This document shows, one piece after another, positions 25,387 through 39,832 of a DNA stretch of 64,000 nucleotides. This stretch comes from Squalus acanthias. Lineage: Eukaryota. Below the pieces are notes generated by a model. The model ran no database searches. It was given only the letters and a program-made list of their open reading frames with translations, and was not told where the DNA came from. A program made the translations under genes and the position numbers. Every line of letters starts with the position of its first letter. Positions within the stretch are counted from its first letter, which is position 1. The stretch covers positions 87,670,001 to 87,734,000 of the forward strand of contig CM059432.1 in assembly GCA_030390025.1 (NCBI GenBank), read 5' to 3'.

Positions 25387-27835
25387 TGACTCAATGCAAA
25401 AGTCTCTCTTTCTCTCTCTCCGAATCTCTCTCTCTCTCTCAGAACGAGTGGTGCAAAAATGTCAACCACAGAAAAAGACAGGAAGAGGCCCCCTTTAAAT
25501 AGCGCCCCCCCCCAGCCCCACAGCGATTGATAGCGTTCCAGTCTTCCGGTCGTTGGATGCGCCAGGCGGTAAGGCAGGGGTCACCACTCAATTTCCGCTC
25601 CGGGGCGCCACAAGGGCGTTGCACCATGGAATGACGTCACAATCTGCGCGCGCAGGTGGTCGCGGCGGTAAGGTTTAGCGCCGCCGCACAATGTCTAGTT
25701 AAGTTCCCGAGCGGCGCAAACATCGCTGCGCCCGGGCGCTAGCGGCTTTGCGCCCCATTAGCGCCCTCTTAAGGCGCTAACGGGAGGCGCAACCAACTGA
25801 ATTTTTACCCCAGGAAGTCTTACTGCAATTATCTAGGGCTTTAGTGAGACCACACCTGGAGTATTATGTACAGTTTTGGTCTCCTTACCTAAGGAAGGAT
25901 ATACTTGCCATTAGAGGGAGTGCAATGTAGGTTCACTAGGCTGATTCCTGGGATGGGGGGATTGCCCTATGAGTGGAGATTGAGTAGACTAGGCCTATAT
26001 TCCCTTGAGTTTAGAAGAATGAGAGGTGATCTCATTGAAACATATAAAATTCTTAAGGGGCTTGACGGGCTCAATGTTGGGAGGATGTTTCCCCTGGCTG
26101 GGGAGCCTAGAACTAGGGGTCACAGTCTCAGAATAAGGGAACGGCCATTTAGAACTGAGATGAGGAGAAATTTCTTCACTCAAAGGGTTGTGAATGTTTG
26201 GAATTCTCTACCCCAGAGGGCTGTGGAGGCTCAGTCATTGAGTATATTCAAGACAGAGATTGCTAGATTTTTGAATATTAAGGGAATCAAGGGATATGGG
26301 AATAATACAGGAAGGTGGAGTTGAGGTAGAAGATCAGCCATGATCTTATTGAATGTCGGAGCAGGCTCGAAGGGCCGAATGGCCTACTCCTGCTCCTATT
26401 TCATATGTTCTTATTTACCAGTCTCAAACCAGTCTCAGTATTTTAATATCCAATTAACAAACGTCTGAGGATATCTCAATGTCAATGTTAATAACAAATT
26501 GGTTTAAGAGCTTTCGATTTCTGTCTCCATAAAGTGAGATTTTATGAAATTTACAGTTCTGGCACAGAACTTTGCGAAACTTCTTGCCTGAATTTCCAAA
26601 GCATGAAGATCAATGCTGAGAAGGGGAATCTGTAAAATCTACTTTTTAAGGTTCAGTTAGAAAAATATAATAAATGCCTTAGAACAATTATATTGTTGGT
26701 TGAAATAAGGAATTGAGCAGCTTGAAAGAAGAAGGCCAGAAGCCTGTAAAATCATAATTCTGGGTCCTATTTGGAAGCCAGGAAAATCAGGGGATGTAAA
26801 TTTTCCCTTAGTGCATTGAGAGTATGGCAAATGAAAGCTGTCCCCCACCCCCCACCTTTATAGCAGACTTGCTAAACCATGGTACTGAACATAATGCGCT
26901 TTCTTTGAAATTGCATATGTTGGCCCTCGAATTCCATGAGCTGCAGTCTCGATGGTTGCCCTGGGACCCTCTGGTGCTCACCGGCAGTGACCCCCATCGA
27001 GTTTGTGAGGTCAATGGGAGAGTAGTGCATTTTCACTGAGCAAGCAGGTGCAAGTGCTAATTTGGATACTTCTTTTGCACTCACCTGTCCTATTCATTTC
27101 GAAGCTTGAACAGCTGCCGACCGATGGTTGGGTATGGTTGGCCAGGCCTGCCGCCGACCCTGCCACAATTCCAATCTGCCCCTGAACAAGTGGGTCAATC
27201 CTGGAATTCTCTGTTTACAATTTGTCTTTTTCAGGGGTCCAGGCCATTTGTGGGGCTCACATGTGCCATTCTGGAGGCCAATATGCTTCCTCTCTCTTAC
27301 CGTATCAGCCATCACTGATAGCCCAGATCCCTTTCATGACCAGGACTGGGAACCCCGGCTTAGGGAATCCCTAGCCCTGGCCCCGCCCGCAGTCTGTCAA
27401 TTGCCTGGTAAAGGGAGGATGGAAGTTCTGCCTTTTCAAGTCAGTACGGAAACTGGCAGAAATGATGAAAACCAATTGTAACGAGACCTCCACTGCTTCC
27501 CTGAAATTATGGCAAGTGATTAGTAGAATCCCCGTGCAATTTTGGTGTCATTACAACGAACATACAGTTGAGAAGCTAATCAGAAATAATTTGCAGTAAT
27601 GTGTTGAATCACTTGTTAACTATACAAATAGTCATGCGACCCATACAAATTATAAATAGTGGGCACTTCAATCGTAGAGATTATAAATTTGTGTTTGCAA
27701 TGTATTATCACATGGTTTGTCACATGGTTTAGTATGAGCATGCTCAGTTTGCTCTGGCCTAGTAAACAAGCACCTTGACTAACAACTCTTCATGTCTCTG
27801 TCCTTCATTTGTTCTACCCACATATATTAAATTTT

Positions 27836-27855
27836 TGGCAACGAGAATGGGATTC
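27836..27855 (+). promoter_or_regulatory. Primer-binding site, tRNA-Ser(GCT)-like
   Basis: TGGCAACGAGAATGGGATTC versus the vertebrate tRNA-Ser(GCT) complement TGGCGACGAGGATGGGATTC (recalled, not searched). Confidence 0.75.
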
Positions 27856-29967
27856 CAAAGCTATTTTTAGGGATCAAGGAAGGACGCAGTGTTCAACCTT
27901 CGAGTGGCAAAGTTTAAGGTGAATTTGTGACAACTAAACTGAATTTTTTGCGATGTTTTACTGTTACTGCTGATGCAGAATTGTCTGTGCTTTGCCTTCG
28001 CGTGTATGTATACACAGCAACAGCACAGGTAGTGTGCTGACTCACTGTTTAATGGGATTGGGCCTACTGGGTTCATCAGAAGCCTCGGCATGTATGACCA
28101 AGCTCGCGAATGATTCAGTTCTTACATTGAGCAGATGGAGATGTTTTTTAAGGGCAATAATATTATTGAGACTGAAGGTTCAAGCTCAAAATAAAGTAAT
28201 TCGTGAACATAAAAAAGCTATTTTTCTAATGGAAATGGGGCCAGATGTCTACAGAACGTTGACAAACCAACTCACACCAGGGAAAGTGAAGGATGCGTCA
28301 TTTGAAGACATTGTTGAGAAACTCGAGGACCATTTCGACCCAAAGCCATTAGAAATAGCAGAGAGCAATAAATTTGGTACCAGAAACCAAAAACAAAGTG
28401 AAACCATCAGTGAGTACATTGTAGCTCTTAAAAACCTGTCTTTGCATTGTAACTTCGGCACATTTTTGGATCGTGCATTGCGAGGTAAGTTTGTGTGTGG
28501 ACTGGTGGATAAGTGCACACAGTCCAAGTTACTGAACACTCTGAACCTAATGTCTGACATCGCATGAAAAATTGCCCTATCTATGGGGATGGTGTCTAAG
28601 AATGCTAGGGAACTCCGTCCAACTCAAGTGACTAGTGCAGCTGAGGTCTACAGTCACAAAGCCACCGCCAAACCTAAAGCTATGAGACCGAGTCAAAAGC
28701 ATGTCGATGAGAGCAGTTCAGTGAATTGTTATCACTGCAATGGAAATCACTCACCACAGTACTGCTAATACAAAAATGTGAAGTGTTTTCACTGCCAGAA
28801 GCAAGGCCATATTTCAACAGCTTGCAGAGCTAGATTGAAAGCAGGAAGTAAGAACCATTCTCGTGGCAATGCAAAGAAGCGACAACAAAAGAGAGGAATT
28901 CACAATATTGAAGTGAACACACCTGATGTTGAAGAACTAGGCATCTATAGTATCTATGCCATTAGCGGCAATGCTAGCAGTCGTGAGAAAGACTTCCGTA
29001 CAAAACTTTTGATCAATGACCAATATATTGATGTGTGTATCGACACAGCGGTGGACTGCTCTATCCTGACTAAGGACACATATGAGTGTAAGTTTAATCA
29101 AATACCACTTACAAAGAGTACCGTAGAGTTAAAAACCTACTCCGGAGAAATCCTAGAGACATGTGGACAAATGGAATGTACAGTTCAACACAATGGCCAG
29201 TCAGTAAAGCTGCCTATTATTGTAGTGAGCTACAACAACAGGCCAACCCTCATGGGCAAAGACTGGTTGAGAAAGTTAAAACTAGACTGGAAAAACATCT
29301 TCAGTGTAGATGCTTCAAAGAAGTGACTCGACACAATGCTGAACAAGTATAAAAGCATGTTCTCAGACAGTTATGAGGGCATCACTGGGTATAACGCGCA
29401 TACCGCATCAAGTCCAATGCGAAGCCTGTCTATTGTAAGGCAAGGCCGGTCCCCTATGCGTTGAAAAGTCAGGTGGAGGAAGAGCTAGAGAAACTGAGAG
29501 AGAACAGAGTGCTGGTAAAAACTGACAAACGTGAATGGGCTACCCAGATTGTGGTAGTGCCCAAAGCAGACAAAACTGAACGCTGGTGTGGTGACTACAA
29601 AGTTACTATCAACCAAGCAGTTGACAATAAGCAGTACCCGTTACCTACATCACAAGATTTGTATGCAGCACTCTCTTGGTCAAAAGTTTTCTCTAAGCTT
29701 GACCTGTCACACGCTTACGCTCAGCTGAATGTTGACAAAGAGAGTCAACAGTATCTCACCATCAACACACACAAGAGACTGTGCTCATACACCAAGCTCC
29801 GTATGGTGTAAAGTCTCCCCCAAAATCTTCCAGGCTACGATGGATAAGATTTTGCAAGTAGTTCCAAATTGCTTATGCAATCAAGACGATGTGCAGATCG
29901 CAACAAGCAGCGAAGAAGAAAATCTAGAAGTGTTAGATTTAGTGCTTTAAAGGTTGAATTCCCACAA

Positions 29968-32127
29968 TTACATAGGATTACATAGGATATACAACACAGA
30001 AACAGGCCATTTGGCCCAACCAGTCTATGCTGGTGTTTATGCTCCACTCGAGCCTCCTCCTGTCTTTCCTTATCTAACTCTATCAGCATAACCCTCTATT
30101 CCCTTCTCTCTCATATGCTTATCTAACTGCCCCTTAAATGCATCTATACTATTCGCTTCAACCACTCCCTGTGGTAGCGAGTTCCACATTCGCACCACTC
30201 TCTGGGTAAAGAAGTTTCTTCTGAATTCCCTATTTGATTTTTTGGTGATTATCTTATTTTGATGGCCTCTAGTTAGGCTCTTCCTCACAAGTGGAAGCAT
30301 TCTCTCTGTATCTACTCTATCAAAACCTTTCATGATTTTAAAGACCTCTATTAGGTCACCCCTCAGCCTTCTCTTTTCAAGAGAACGGAGACCCAGCCTG
30401 TTCATCCTTTCTTGATAGGTATACCCTCGCATTTCTGGTATCATCCTTGTAAATCATCTTTGCACCCTCTCCAGTGCCTCTATATCCTTTATATAAGATG
30501 GCGACCAGAACTGTATGCAGTACTCTAAGTGTGGTCTAACCAAGGTTTAGCATAACTTCACTACTTTTCAATTCTATCCCTCTAGAAATAAACCCTAGTG
30601 CTTGGTTTGCTTTTTTATGGCCTTGTTAAATTGTGTCGATACTTTTAGTGGTTTCTGTATTTTTACTCCTAGATCCCTTTGTTTCTCTACCCCATTTAGA
30701 TTCTTATTTTTCAAGTAATATGTGACCTCCCTATTTTTCTTACCAAAATGTAATACCTCACATTTATCTGTGTTGAATTTTATTTGCCAATTATATGCCC
30801 ATTCTACAAGTTTATTAATGTCCTCTTGTAATTTGTTGCAGTCCTCCTCAGTACTGGCTATCCCCCCCAATTTGGTGTCATCCACAAATTTAGTGGTCCC
30901 AGCACTGATCCTTGTGGAACACCACTTCCCACCTTCTGCCACTCTGAATAGCTACCGCTCTCTGCTTTCTGTCTTGAAGCCAGCTAGCTATCCATTCTGC
31001 TACTTGTCACCTGACTCCACATTCCCTGACTTTCTTCATTAGTCTATTATGTGGTACCTTATCGAAGGCCTTTTGAAAATCTAGATAAATTATATCTACT
31101 GCATTACCCTTATCTACTCTCAGTGTTACCTCTTCAAAAAATTCAATGAGGTTGGTCAAGCAAGACTTTCCCTTTTGAAATCCATGCTGTCTATTTATCA
31201 TTATATTTTTCATTTCTAGATGTTCTTCTATTTTCTCCTTTAGTAGGGATTCCATTATTTTTCCTACCACCGATGTTAAGCTGACTGGCTTATAGTTCCC
31301 TGGACATGTTCTATCTCCCTTCTTAAATATCGGTATTACGTTAGCTATCCACCAGTCCTCTGGCACTACACCTTTTTCTAACGAATTACTAAATATGTGT
31401 AGTAATGCCTCTGCTATTTCTTCCCTAGATTCTTTTAAAATGTGCAGATGTAATCCTTCCAAACCAGCGATTTTAACCTCCTTGAGTTTCATTAGTTTAT
31501 TTTGTATATCTCCTGATTTTATTTTAAATGCAGTTAACTCATTACTAATCTCATCATCTGATGTCATCTCCACTTGTTCTATCTCCCTGGTAAATACTGA
31601 AGCAAAGTAATTATTTAATATCTCTGCCATCTCTCTATTGCTGCCTATGGTATTATCCTCACCATCCCTTAATGGCCCTATTCCCATCCCGACCTTCCTT
31701 TTTTTATTGATGTGCCTATAAAATATTTTACTATTTTGTTTTATGTTCCTTGATAATTTAATTTCAGAGTTCCTCTTTGCCTTCCTAATTGTTTTTTTGA
31801 CTTCTACCTAATCCCTTCATATTCTCCATTATCATGCTCTCCCCTGCTGTCCATGTACTTAATGTATTCCTCTTTCCTTACCCTCAATTTTACCCTTACT
31901 CATCCACGGTGTCTCATTTGTGTTTAGCTTGTTCTTGTTTATTAGCGGAATATATTTTTCTTGGACTCTGTTGAACACCGTCTTAAATGTTTCCCATTGC
32001 TAATCTACATCATTGTTGTCCATTTTATTTTCCCAAGTTCTATTCTCAGCCCCTCAAAATCAGCTTTTCTCCAATCTATTACCCTGATCTTTGTCATACC
32101 TAGGTCCTTCTCAATTATTATCTTAAA
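29968..32127 (-). mobile_element. 5'-truncated CR1 nested in the Gypsy RT
   Basis: Minus-strand RT ORFs 30070-31687; tail near 29970; Gypsy pol resumes near 32128. Confidence 0.92.
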
Positions 32128-35100
32128 ATGTCTCCATGTCGAATTGAAAAGGAACAAATATGCTTTTGTGCAGCCCGAGGTTGCATACCTTGGTCTGAAA
32201 GTTGATGCAAATGGCTTGCAACCAGTGAAGGAAAAGGTTGATGCTGTCATCAATGCTCCAAAGCCACAGAACATGCCTGAGTTAAGATCTTTCCTTGGAA
32301 TGGTCCAGTACTACGCACGTTTCTTACCTGAGTTAGTGACCATGTTAGCTCCATTGCACGAGCTCCTCAAGAAGGATGTCCAGTGGAAGTGGACAAAAGC
32401 GCAACAGGAAGCTTATGACACTTATAAGAGAAGTCTCTCTAGTGATGCTCTACTTGTGCACTACAACACAGAGTGTGAGCTTAAGTTAGCGAGTGATGCT
32501 TCTAGCTATGGTGTGAGAGCTGTCATAAGCCATGTAATGGATGACAGCCAAGAGAAACCAATCGCATTTGCATCGCAGCCCCTCACAAAGAGCGAAAGAA
32601 ACTACACACAAGTTGAAAAGGAAACACTCGCCATAGTGTTTGGAATCAAGAAATTCTAACAGTTCCTAACCGGCAGAAAGTTTACCCTGATAACCGATCA
32701 CAAACCGCTCCTAGCAATATTAGGGCCCAAATCTGCCATCCCTGCAATGGCCGCATCAAGAATGCAACGATGGGCAGTGTTGTTGTCACAATATGACTAC
32801 ACGATTGAATATCGCACTTTAAAGCAAAACGCAATTGCAGATGCCTTGTCCAGGTTGCCACATGAAGACTCGTGTTGGGAGTGAAGGTGAGATTTTCACA
32901 CTAAGTGCGGTTGACAAAGACTTTCCTGTGAATGCAAGTGAGTTTGCAAATGAGACTCAAAAGGACTCAGTACTGAAAAGAGTGTATGAAAACACCTTGA
33001 ATGGATGGACTGATCAGTGTATGGACACAGAGTTGAAACCATTCCATAACCATCATACTGAACTGTCTTGTGAGCAAGGTTGTATCAAGTGGGGAAACAG
33101 AGTGCTAGTACCTACTTCTTTGAGAGATAGAATTCTGGCCGAAACTTCATACTGAACATCCAGGGATCATCAGTATGAAATCAATTGTAAGAAGCTTTGA
33201 TTACTGGCCTGGATTGGACAGTGATCTTGAATCACTTGTCAGCAAATGCAGTGTTTGCCAAAATTGCAGAAACAAACCACTCAAAACTCCACTACAAGCC
33301 TGGTCAGGGCCAAGTAGACCTTTTCAGAGAGTACATGTAGACTTCTGTGAGAAAGCAAATGATTATTTCCTGGTACTTGTAGATAGTCACTCAAAGTGGA
33401 TTGAAGTGAAACACATGGGTTCAAATACTACAACTGAACGTACCATAGATGAGTTGAGGTCTATCTTCGCATGTCATGGCTTACCTGAAGAGCTTGTTTC
33501 TGACAATGGTCCTCAGTTCTGTTCTGCTCTATTCCAAAAATTCATGAAATGGAACGTTATCAAACATATCATCCAGCTTCAAACGGAGCAGCCGAAAGGT
33601 CAGTCAGAATAGTGAAAGGAGCTCTCAAAAAGCAAGTGTTGCAGGGTTGTTTTGGACTCAGCATGAAGCAACATTTGGCAAATTTCTTGCTGACGTACAG
33701 AGCTACTCCGCACACTACAACTGGCTATACCCCAGCAGAACTCTTGATGAAGAGAACATGATTGAGTTTTGTTCAACCAAATTTGGCCTCAAGAGTTGAA
33801 CAGAAACAGTTGAGTCAGAAACGTTATTATGACAGCAATCAGAAAGTACGCAGTTTCAGACAAAATGAGTGTGTTTGTGTTCTCAGTCCCCCCGGCAAGT
33901 CGAGTTCACACAAGTGGGATATAGGAACCATAGTAGAAGTTGGTGCAACCAAGAGATATTTGGTTGAAATTGGTGACAACACCCGAAGTGTTCATGTAGA
34001 TCAAAGGATCTCTGCTAGAGATGAGCCAAGATGTGATCTTGAACCACTTGATGATGAACACATACATGAGTTTGACTCCGTTCAGACTTCAGAAACTGAA
34101 GTTCCAGGTTCAAACAAATCTGAGATAGAAACAGGATCATCTTTGAGTTCGGAACCAGAACAAAACAGCCCGAAAATTGGTTCAACACCAAAACCTTTTG
34201 TAAGATCAGGAAGGCTCCGTAAACCTGTTATTAAACTGGATTTGTAGTTCATTTGTAGCATTTGTAGTTGATTTAAAAGAAAAAAAGCCAGGAGTTTTTG
34301 TTATGTGGTACATGTAATGCTGGGAAAGGTGGGACCATAGTTTTGTTGTATTTGAGAGGAATATGTACATTTTTTTAAAGGGGAAAACAGTGTAATGTAT
34401 TATCACATGGTTTGTCACATGGTTTAGTATGAGCATGGTTTAGTTCACTCTGACCTAGTAAACAAGCACCTTGACTAGCAACTCATCGTGTCTCTGTCCT
34501 TCATTTGTTTTACCCAGATATATGACAGTGTTCATTGAAAAAACAGGGAGATTTTAAAAAGCCTGCTCATTGTTAAAGATTATTGTGGATGATGTAATGA
34601 AGTGTCTGGGTGGAATGCTAACTCATTAATAAATAGCAGTCACAGGAGATGATCTCTTTGTGGGTAAATATCGCATGTGAAAGGAGATCATCATGGAGAT
34701 CATATGCAGGAAGACTGTATGGGCCTGAGGGATACTGAAATTTGTGCAGACGATTTTGTGCAAAGATGGTCGCATACACTTTGCAACACAACATAGGGTA
34801 TCTGTCAATGAAGCAGCAATATGCATAATAATGGCCATATGCTGATCATGTGCCATCGTATTTTTTTAACAGAGGGGCCACTAGCTCAGCAGGAAGAAGA
34901 CAGTTCCATAGGAATGATAAGATACAGGATGGCTGATGGATTGCGAGTGAGGAATTAACAGATTTCAAAGATCAAGGTAGATGGCTGCTAGATGGAAGTC
35001 GAGCATGGTCATTGGCACCTCTGAGCTGTTTTGTGATTCTGATATCAGGGGGCCAGCTACAAAATGAAAGATGTGGGTTCCAGCCCTACTACATAATTTA

Positions 35101-36559
35101 GGTTGTCACTTCTCTGCTGTACTCTGGAATTGCTGCATTGTCTGAGGTTTTTCTTTTGGTTGCAATGTTATGATGTTTGCTAGCTAAACTGGATTATAAA
35201 AGGTCCTGCTAGCCGAAGGAGAGCAGGGCATTCTCACAGTGTCCTGGCCAACATTCATCGCTCAACCAACACCACCAAAAACAGATTATCTAGTCATATA
35301 TTTGTTTGCTGTCTATAGGATTTGCTGTGCAAAAATTAATGGCACATTTGCCTACATAGCAACAGTGACTGCACGTCAACAAGAATCCATTAGCTGTAAA
35401 GTGCTTTAGGATATCTTGGGAAGGTGATGAAGTGCTATATAAAGCAATTTCTTTCTTATTTTACCTCATGAGCATGAATGGGTGAACTAGTAACTTGTCA
35501 CATACAGAACAAGATGTAATCTGCTTTGGGTCATATTACAGGTGTGCATTTATAACAAAAACAATAACTTTCCACCATGCAGCCTTTCATCGTGCATCAA
35601 GTAGCATTAGTAGCACCTGTAGAGAGACCTCAGGTATTCAGTGACAAGTAGACTCAAGCATCCACGAATGATGCTAAAGCATCAGCACCCAAAAATTCTT
35701 AGGATAGTGAAATTATCTGCTCAGTGACAACCGACGGGACTTGTCCTCCAACTGTGACATGAAAAATCGCAGGAACAGATGGATGACACTTAATCCGACC
35801 CTGAAGAGCATTGCAAAGAATGCAGCCTCCACAGTCAGACGAGGACTGGCATGCTGATTTGGGTCTGCAGCACATAGTAGGTGGCCAGCAGGAGCACAAG
35901 AAAGTCTTCCAGAGACCCCTCAGGAGGCCGTCAGATCTAATCCTTCCAAAAGTCAATCACTTAGGAGCAGTACGCAATAAAGAACACAGTGCACTAGGTC
36001 ATGTAGTACAAGGAGACAGCATATCAGCACATCATATTATCACATTCCACACAAGTGTTCTTATATAAGTAAAAACAAATGCTCTTCACTCTAAGGATTG
36101 AAGTACTTTTTCTATTGAATTCCAATAAAAACACTTAGAAATATGCCAGAAAAAAAAATCACATAATGGACAATAGTTGATCAAATGTGTTGACAATGTT
36201 CTAAGTTAAGAAATAAAGGTGTGGAAATTCACCGTGGCCCATTTTCAAGCAGTGTGCTGGAAGTGCACGCCAGAAGCCAGAGGGTCACCCTAAATTGGGC
36301 CTCAGGCTTCATCAACATATTGCCGGTGAACTGTGGATGCCAATTGGGCAACCAATTGGCCTCCAATAATTATTCCCTTGTTTCCTCTTCACCATATGCA
36401 GGCTCAGTCTGGCAACTATGTCCTTCAGTCAGTGGTGATGCTAACAAGCAATTTTTGGTGGTGGGCATTGAAGTACCCCACACAAGGTAAATTCTGTGCC
36501 TTTGTTTTCTTCAGGGTTTCCATTATATGTTCATCATAGAGGTAATTTGCCAGTTGAAG

Positions 36560-37204
36560 AAGCGTCGTTAGGTACCGACCAGCAGGAGGTTTCCTTGGCT
36601 TTATTTAACCTGAAGTCATGAGACTTCTTGGAGTCAATTTTGAGTAGCTCAGGTCCACACTTCCCACGCAACTGTTTAATGCCGTGCCTTCACCTCTGGT
36701 GGATCTATCTTGCTGGTGGGACAGGAGACACCCAGAGATGGTGATGCGGGAGTGTGGATGTTGACTGAAAGATATGACTCTGTGAGTATGGTTATGATTT
36801 TTGCTTGACTAATCTGTGGGACAGCTCTCCCAACTTGGGCATCAGTCCCCAGATGTTGCTGAGGAGGACTTTGAAGGGTCAACTGGGCTGGGATTGCCTA
36901 AGTCTTGTACTGATCCAATGCCTAGATCATTGCTAATAGGTTTGTCTGATATTTCTCTTGCTCTGTTTTGTAGTGGTTGCTATACAATTGAATGACCACT
37001 TCAGAGAGCATTAAAAGTGAACCACATATTCCATGGTATTAGTGAGCTAGTTGAGTTGCTTACAACAATCGCCAGCATTCATGCTGTTTTTCTCTTGCTA
37101 GCCTGCAAATTACCAGATTTATTGAATTCAATTTCACAACTTGCCATGGTGAGATTTGAACTCACGACCTGCGGGTTGCTTGTCCAGTAACATAATCACT
37201 AGGC
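36560..37204 (-). mobile_element. Old 5' fragment of a tRNA-headed LINE
   Basis: tRNA-like head 37142-37204 with B box GAGTTCAAATC, followed by endonuclease remnant (ILTESYLSV) homologous to 40234-40600. Confidence 0.7.
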
Positions 37205-38584
37205 TTCATACCTGCGATAATAAAAATCTTGGATGTTTGCCCGAAACGTTGTTCAACTTTGTGTGTTGGCTTTTCTGCTACAGAAGATTAATGTTCCTCC
37301 CAACTCCTGCCTGAGATCGAGTTTTTTGCTGCTCCTCTGCTGCAAACATCATATCGCTCTTTGAAATATTGTGCAGCATGCAACAATTATTCCGTTTTCT
37401 CTGAATCACACTGTAACGCACCCTCATGGCAGTACAAACATCAGAATTATTGATTTAAATAATTTGCTTTTATTTTTGCTTGTGAAGTGCATTGTCATTG
37501 ACTCTTTTTTGAGAATGTGAGGTTCTGTACAGGTGTCATCAAGTGCTTATAGATGGGTAACCCATATCTCTCATCCCTACATTATGTATCTCTTCCCTGA
37601 ATAGTTGAGAAACACACAGTTGGGAATGCTTGATTGCACCGAGATGTGTACATTTTGAGCACTGCCCAAAAAACAAACACTAACTTAGGCAACTCTTTGC
37701 TGGTGATTGCATGCCATGTGATTATTAATGGTGCAATAATCTTTTCTCTTAATAAGAGGCAAGGCATGAATACAAGTTATATCACCTTGTACTTTGGAAT
37801 TGCCATCCATCTCAAAAAATTACATCAGTTTGTCCAGTTGCTGTTGGATCCTTGTACTGAACTTTATGTATACAGATGTGTGATAAAATAGGGCATCTGT
37901 TACATCTGTAATACAGCAGTAAATTTCATGTTGATTTCATGTTGGCTTATCTTTGTGATGCCTTCTGCTGGTGTCTGGTATTTTAGTGTGTTGGTCACTT
38001 TTACTTCCAAATGGTTGTGGTCTGCTTCAGATGTTCTCACGGTCACTGATTGCATTCCTGATGAAGTGTGGCCTCCAATATGCACTTTTCCTCACTGAGG
38101 CCCAGGTAGTTGTCATGTCCGTAATACTCATGCTACACTGGATAGTTGTCCACTTCTTATGCCCTTGAATCTCCCAGGCTGTTCTCATCTGTTGTTCTTA
38201 CCCCTCTACCTCCGACATGCCCAGCAATGATAGGCTGATTGTGGTGCTGAAAGTCTCCTCCTCGACTACTTCCATTAGCTATCCTCTGCTCTGCTTACTG
38301 CTCTAGCTCTGCCAGCTTCCTCCATTGATTTTATGGCAACCATCAACTTGAATAGTTGGTGCGCATCATTCGCACATCTCAAGATACATATGGGTCCGAA
38401 TTACATCAGACTCTGACATTTCAATATTGATGAGGCCCCAGCTCCCAAAAAACCCCGGAGTTATAATTGTGGCTGTGGGAATGCAACAGGTTCCGCCCGC
38501 CCGCCATTCTAACCCTCCACCCGCCCACCCCGTTCCTGCCGGACGGACAGGGCTGAAATCAGGGTTAGAAGCGCTGGCAAGTCC

Positions 38585-38945
38585 TATCATTTCAAAATGA
38601 TGAGGGGTTTTGATAAAGTAATTTGGGAGAAACTGTTTCCACTGGCAGGAGGGTCAGTAACCAAAGGACACAGATTGAAGATAATTGGCAAAAGAACCAG
38701 AGGGGAGATGAGGAGAATTTTTTTTACACAGCTAGTTTTTATGATCTGGAATGCATTGCCTGAAAAGGTGGTGGAAGCAGATTCAATAGTAATTTTCAAA
38801 AGGGAATTGGATAAATACTTGAAGGGGAAACATTTGCAGGGCTATGGAGCAGGGGAGTGGGACTAATTGGAGAGCTCTTTCTAAGAACTGGCACAGGCGC
38901 GATGGGCCAAACGGCCTCCTTCTGTGCTGCATGATTATAAGATTC
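38585..38945 (+). mobile_element. CR1 3' end
   Basis: ORF 38597-38866 (FFTQ, WNALP) followed by the 3'UTR. Confidence 0.85.
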
Positions 38946-38949
38946 TACA

Positions 38950-39602
38950 GGGGAAAAATTCGGTCGCGCCCCTTTGGGGCGCTAACTTCACTGAGGCACT
39001 ACTTTTAGCGCCCCGAAAAAGTTAGCGCCCCGCGCCATAAATTGAGTGGTAGTGCCCCAAGCAGGAGATGGACGCAACCGGAAGCGCTCCCCCTCCCTCC
39101 TGGGGCGCTACCATTCAATATCGTGGCGCTACGTGCAACAGCGCCACGCGCATCGGCATGTAGCGCCACGGTATTACATGCTTCCCTCCCCTGATTAAAG
39201 GGGAAGGGCCTAGTGCAGCGTACACCGGGGCCCTGCTGGTGGGGTGCTGGGAAAACCAATCGCGGCTGGCACCCCGCATGAAAAAGCAGGAGGGGGCAGG
39301 TGCTGACAGGCGGCCCAACAAAACATGGCCGCCTGGCACCTGCCCTTTAATTAGCACCGCTGCGACCGGAAAAACACCACCCTGACCCTGTTGGACATAT
39401 CGTCCGGCGGTAGGTCAGGGGGCGTGACCGAAGTTTGCGAGCGGGGCGCTGCGTATGGCGATGACGTCATCGCCGGAGGCGCAGCACTGCGGGGCGCTAC
39501 AGGCTACCGCCGCTGCTAATCTCCTGCTGAATTTCACGGGAGGCATTAGCGGCGCTGTGCCCAGGTGCTAGGTGCTTTGCGCCCTGTTAGCGCCCCCCCC
39601 GG
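38950..39602. mobile_element. Harbinger-type MITE, right end truncated
   Basis: GGGGAAAAATTCGGTCGCGCCCC resembles the left end of 21649; CpG-rich with TTAGCGCC motifs. Confidence 0.7.
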
Positions 39603-39832
39603 GATGCTTTCCTAATTGCTTGCTGTACCTGTATGTTAACTTTCGTGTACAAGGATGCACAAGAGGTCACAGTTGGAGGAACACAGAGTTCTTGGAGGTC
39701 TGGAGAAGATTACAGAGATAGGGAGGGTTGAGGCCTCATGCCTCCCTCACAAAGCAACCCAATTTTTACCCCTACAGTTCTATGATAAGCGATTTCCACA
39801 TTTTATGGTCAGCAGTGTGCCATAATAGGGAA

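Larger units (their letters stand above)
21649..25811. mobile_element. Intact autonomous Harbinger transposon (copy B, 4163 bp)
   Basis: TIRs GGGGGAAAAATT / AATTTTTACCCC; AGG duplication at 21646-21648 and 25812-25814; two convergent intact genes. Confidence 0.96.
20920..26412 (+). mobile_element. CR1 3' half split by the intact Harbinger
   Basis: RT motifs at 20931-21648 continue at 25812 through the 3' tail. Confidence 0.9.
27696..34527 (+). mobile_element. Decayed Ty3/Gypsy LTR retrotransposon
   Basis: ~137-bp LTRs (27696-27831, 34391-34527); GTGTT target duplication; broken gag with zinc knuckles, protease (IDTAV), RT, RNase H, integrase (VSDNGPQF); purine tract 34377-34390. Confidence 0.95.

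Noticed and set aside
34560..35000. Possible ancient DNA-transposon remnants (also 37860-38350)
   Set aside because: Too degraded to support by eye
35699..36068. Possible host exon(s) in unique-looking sequence
   Set aside because: No recognisable domain or convincing splice structure
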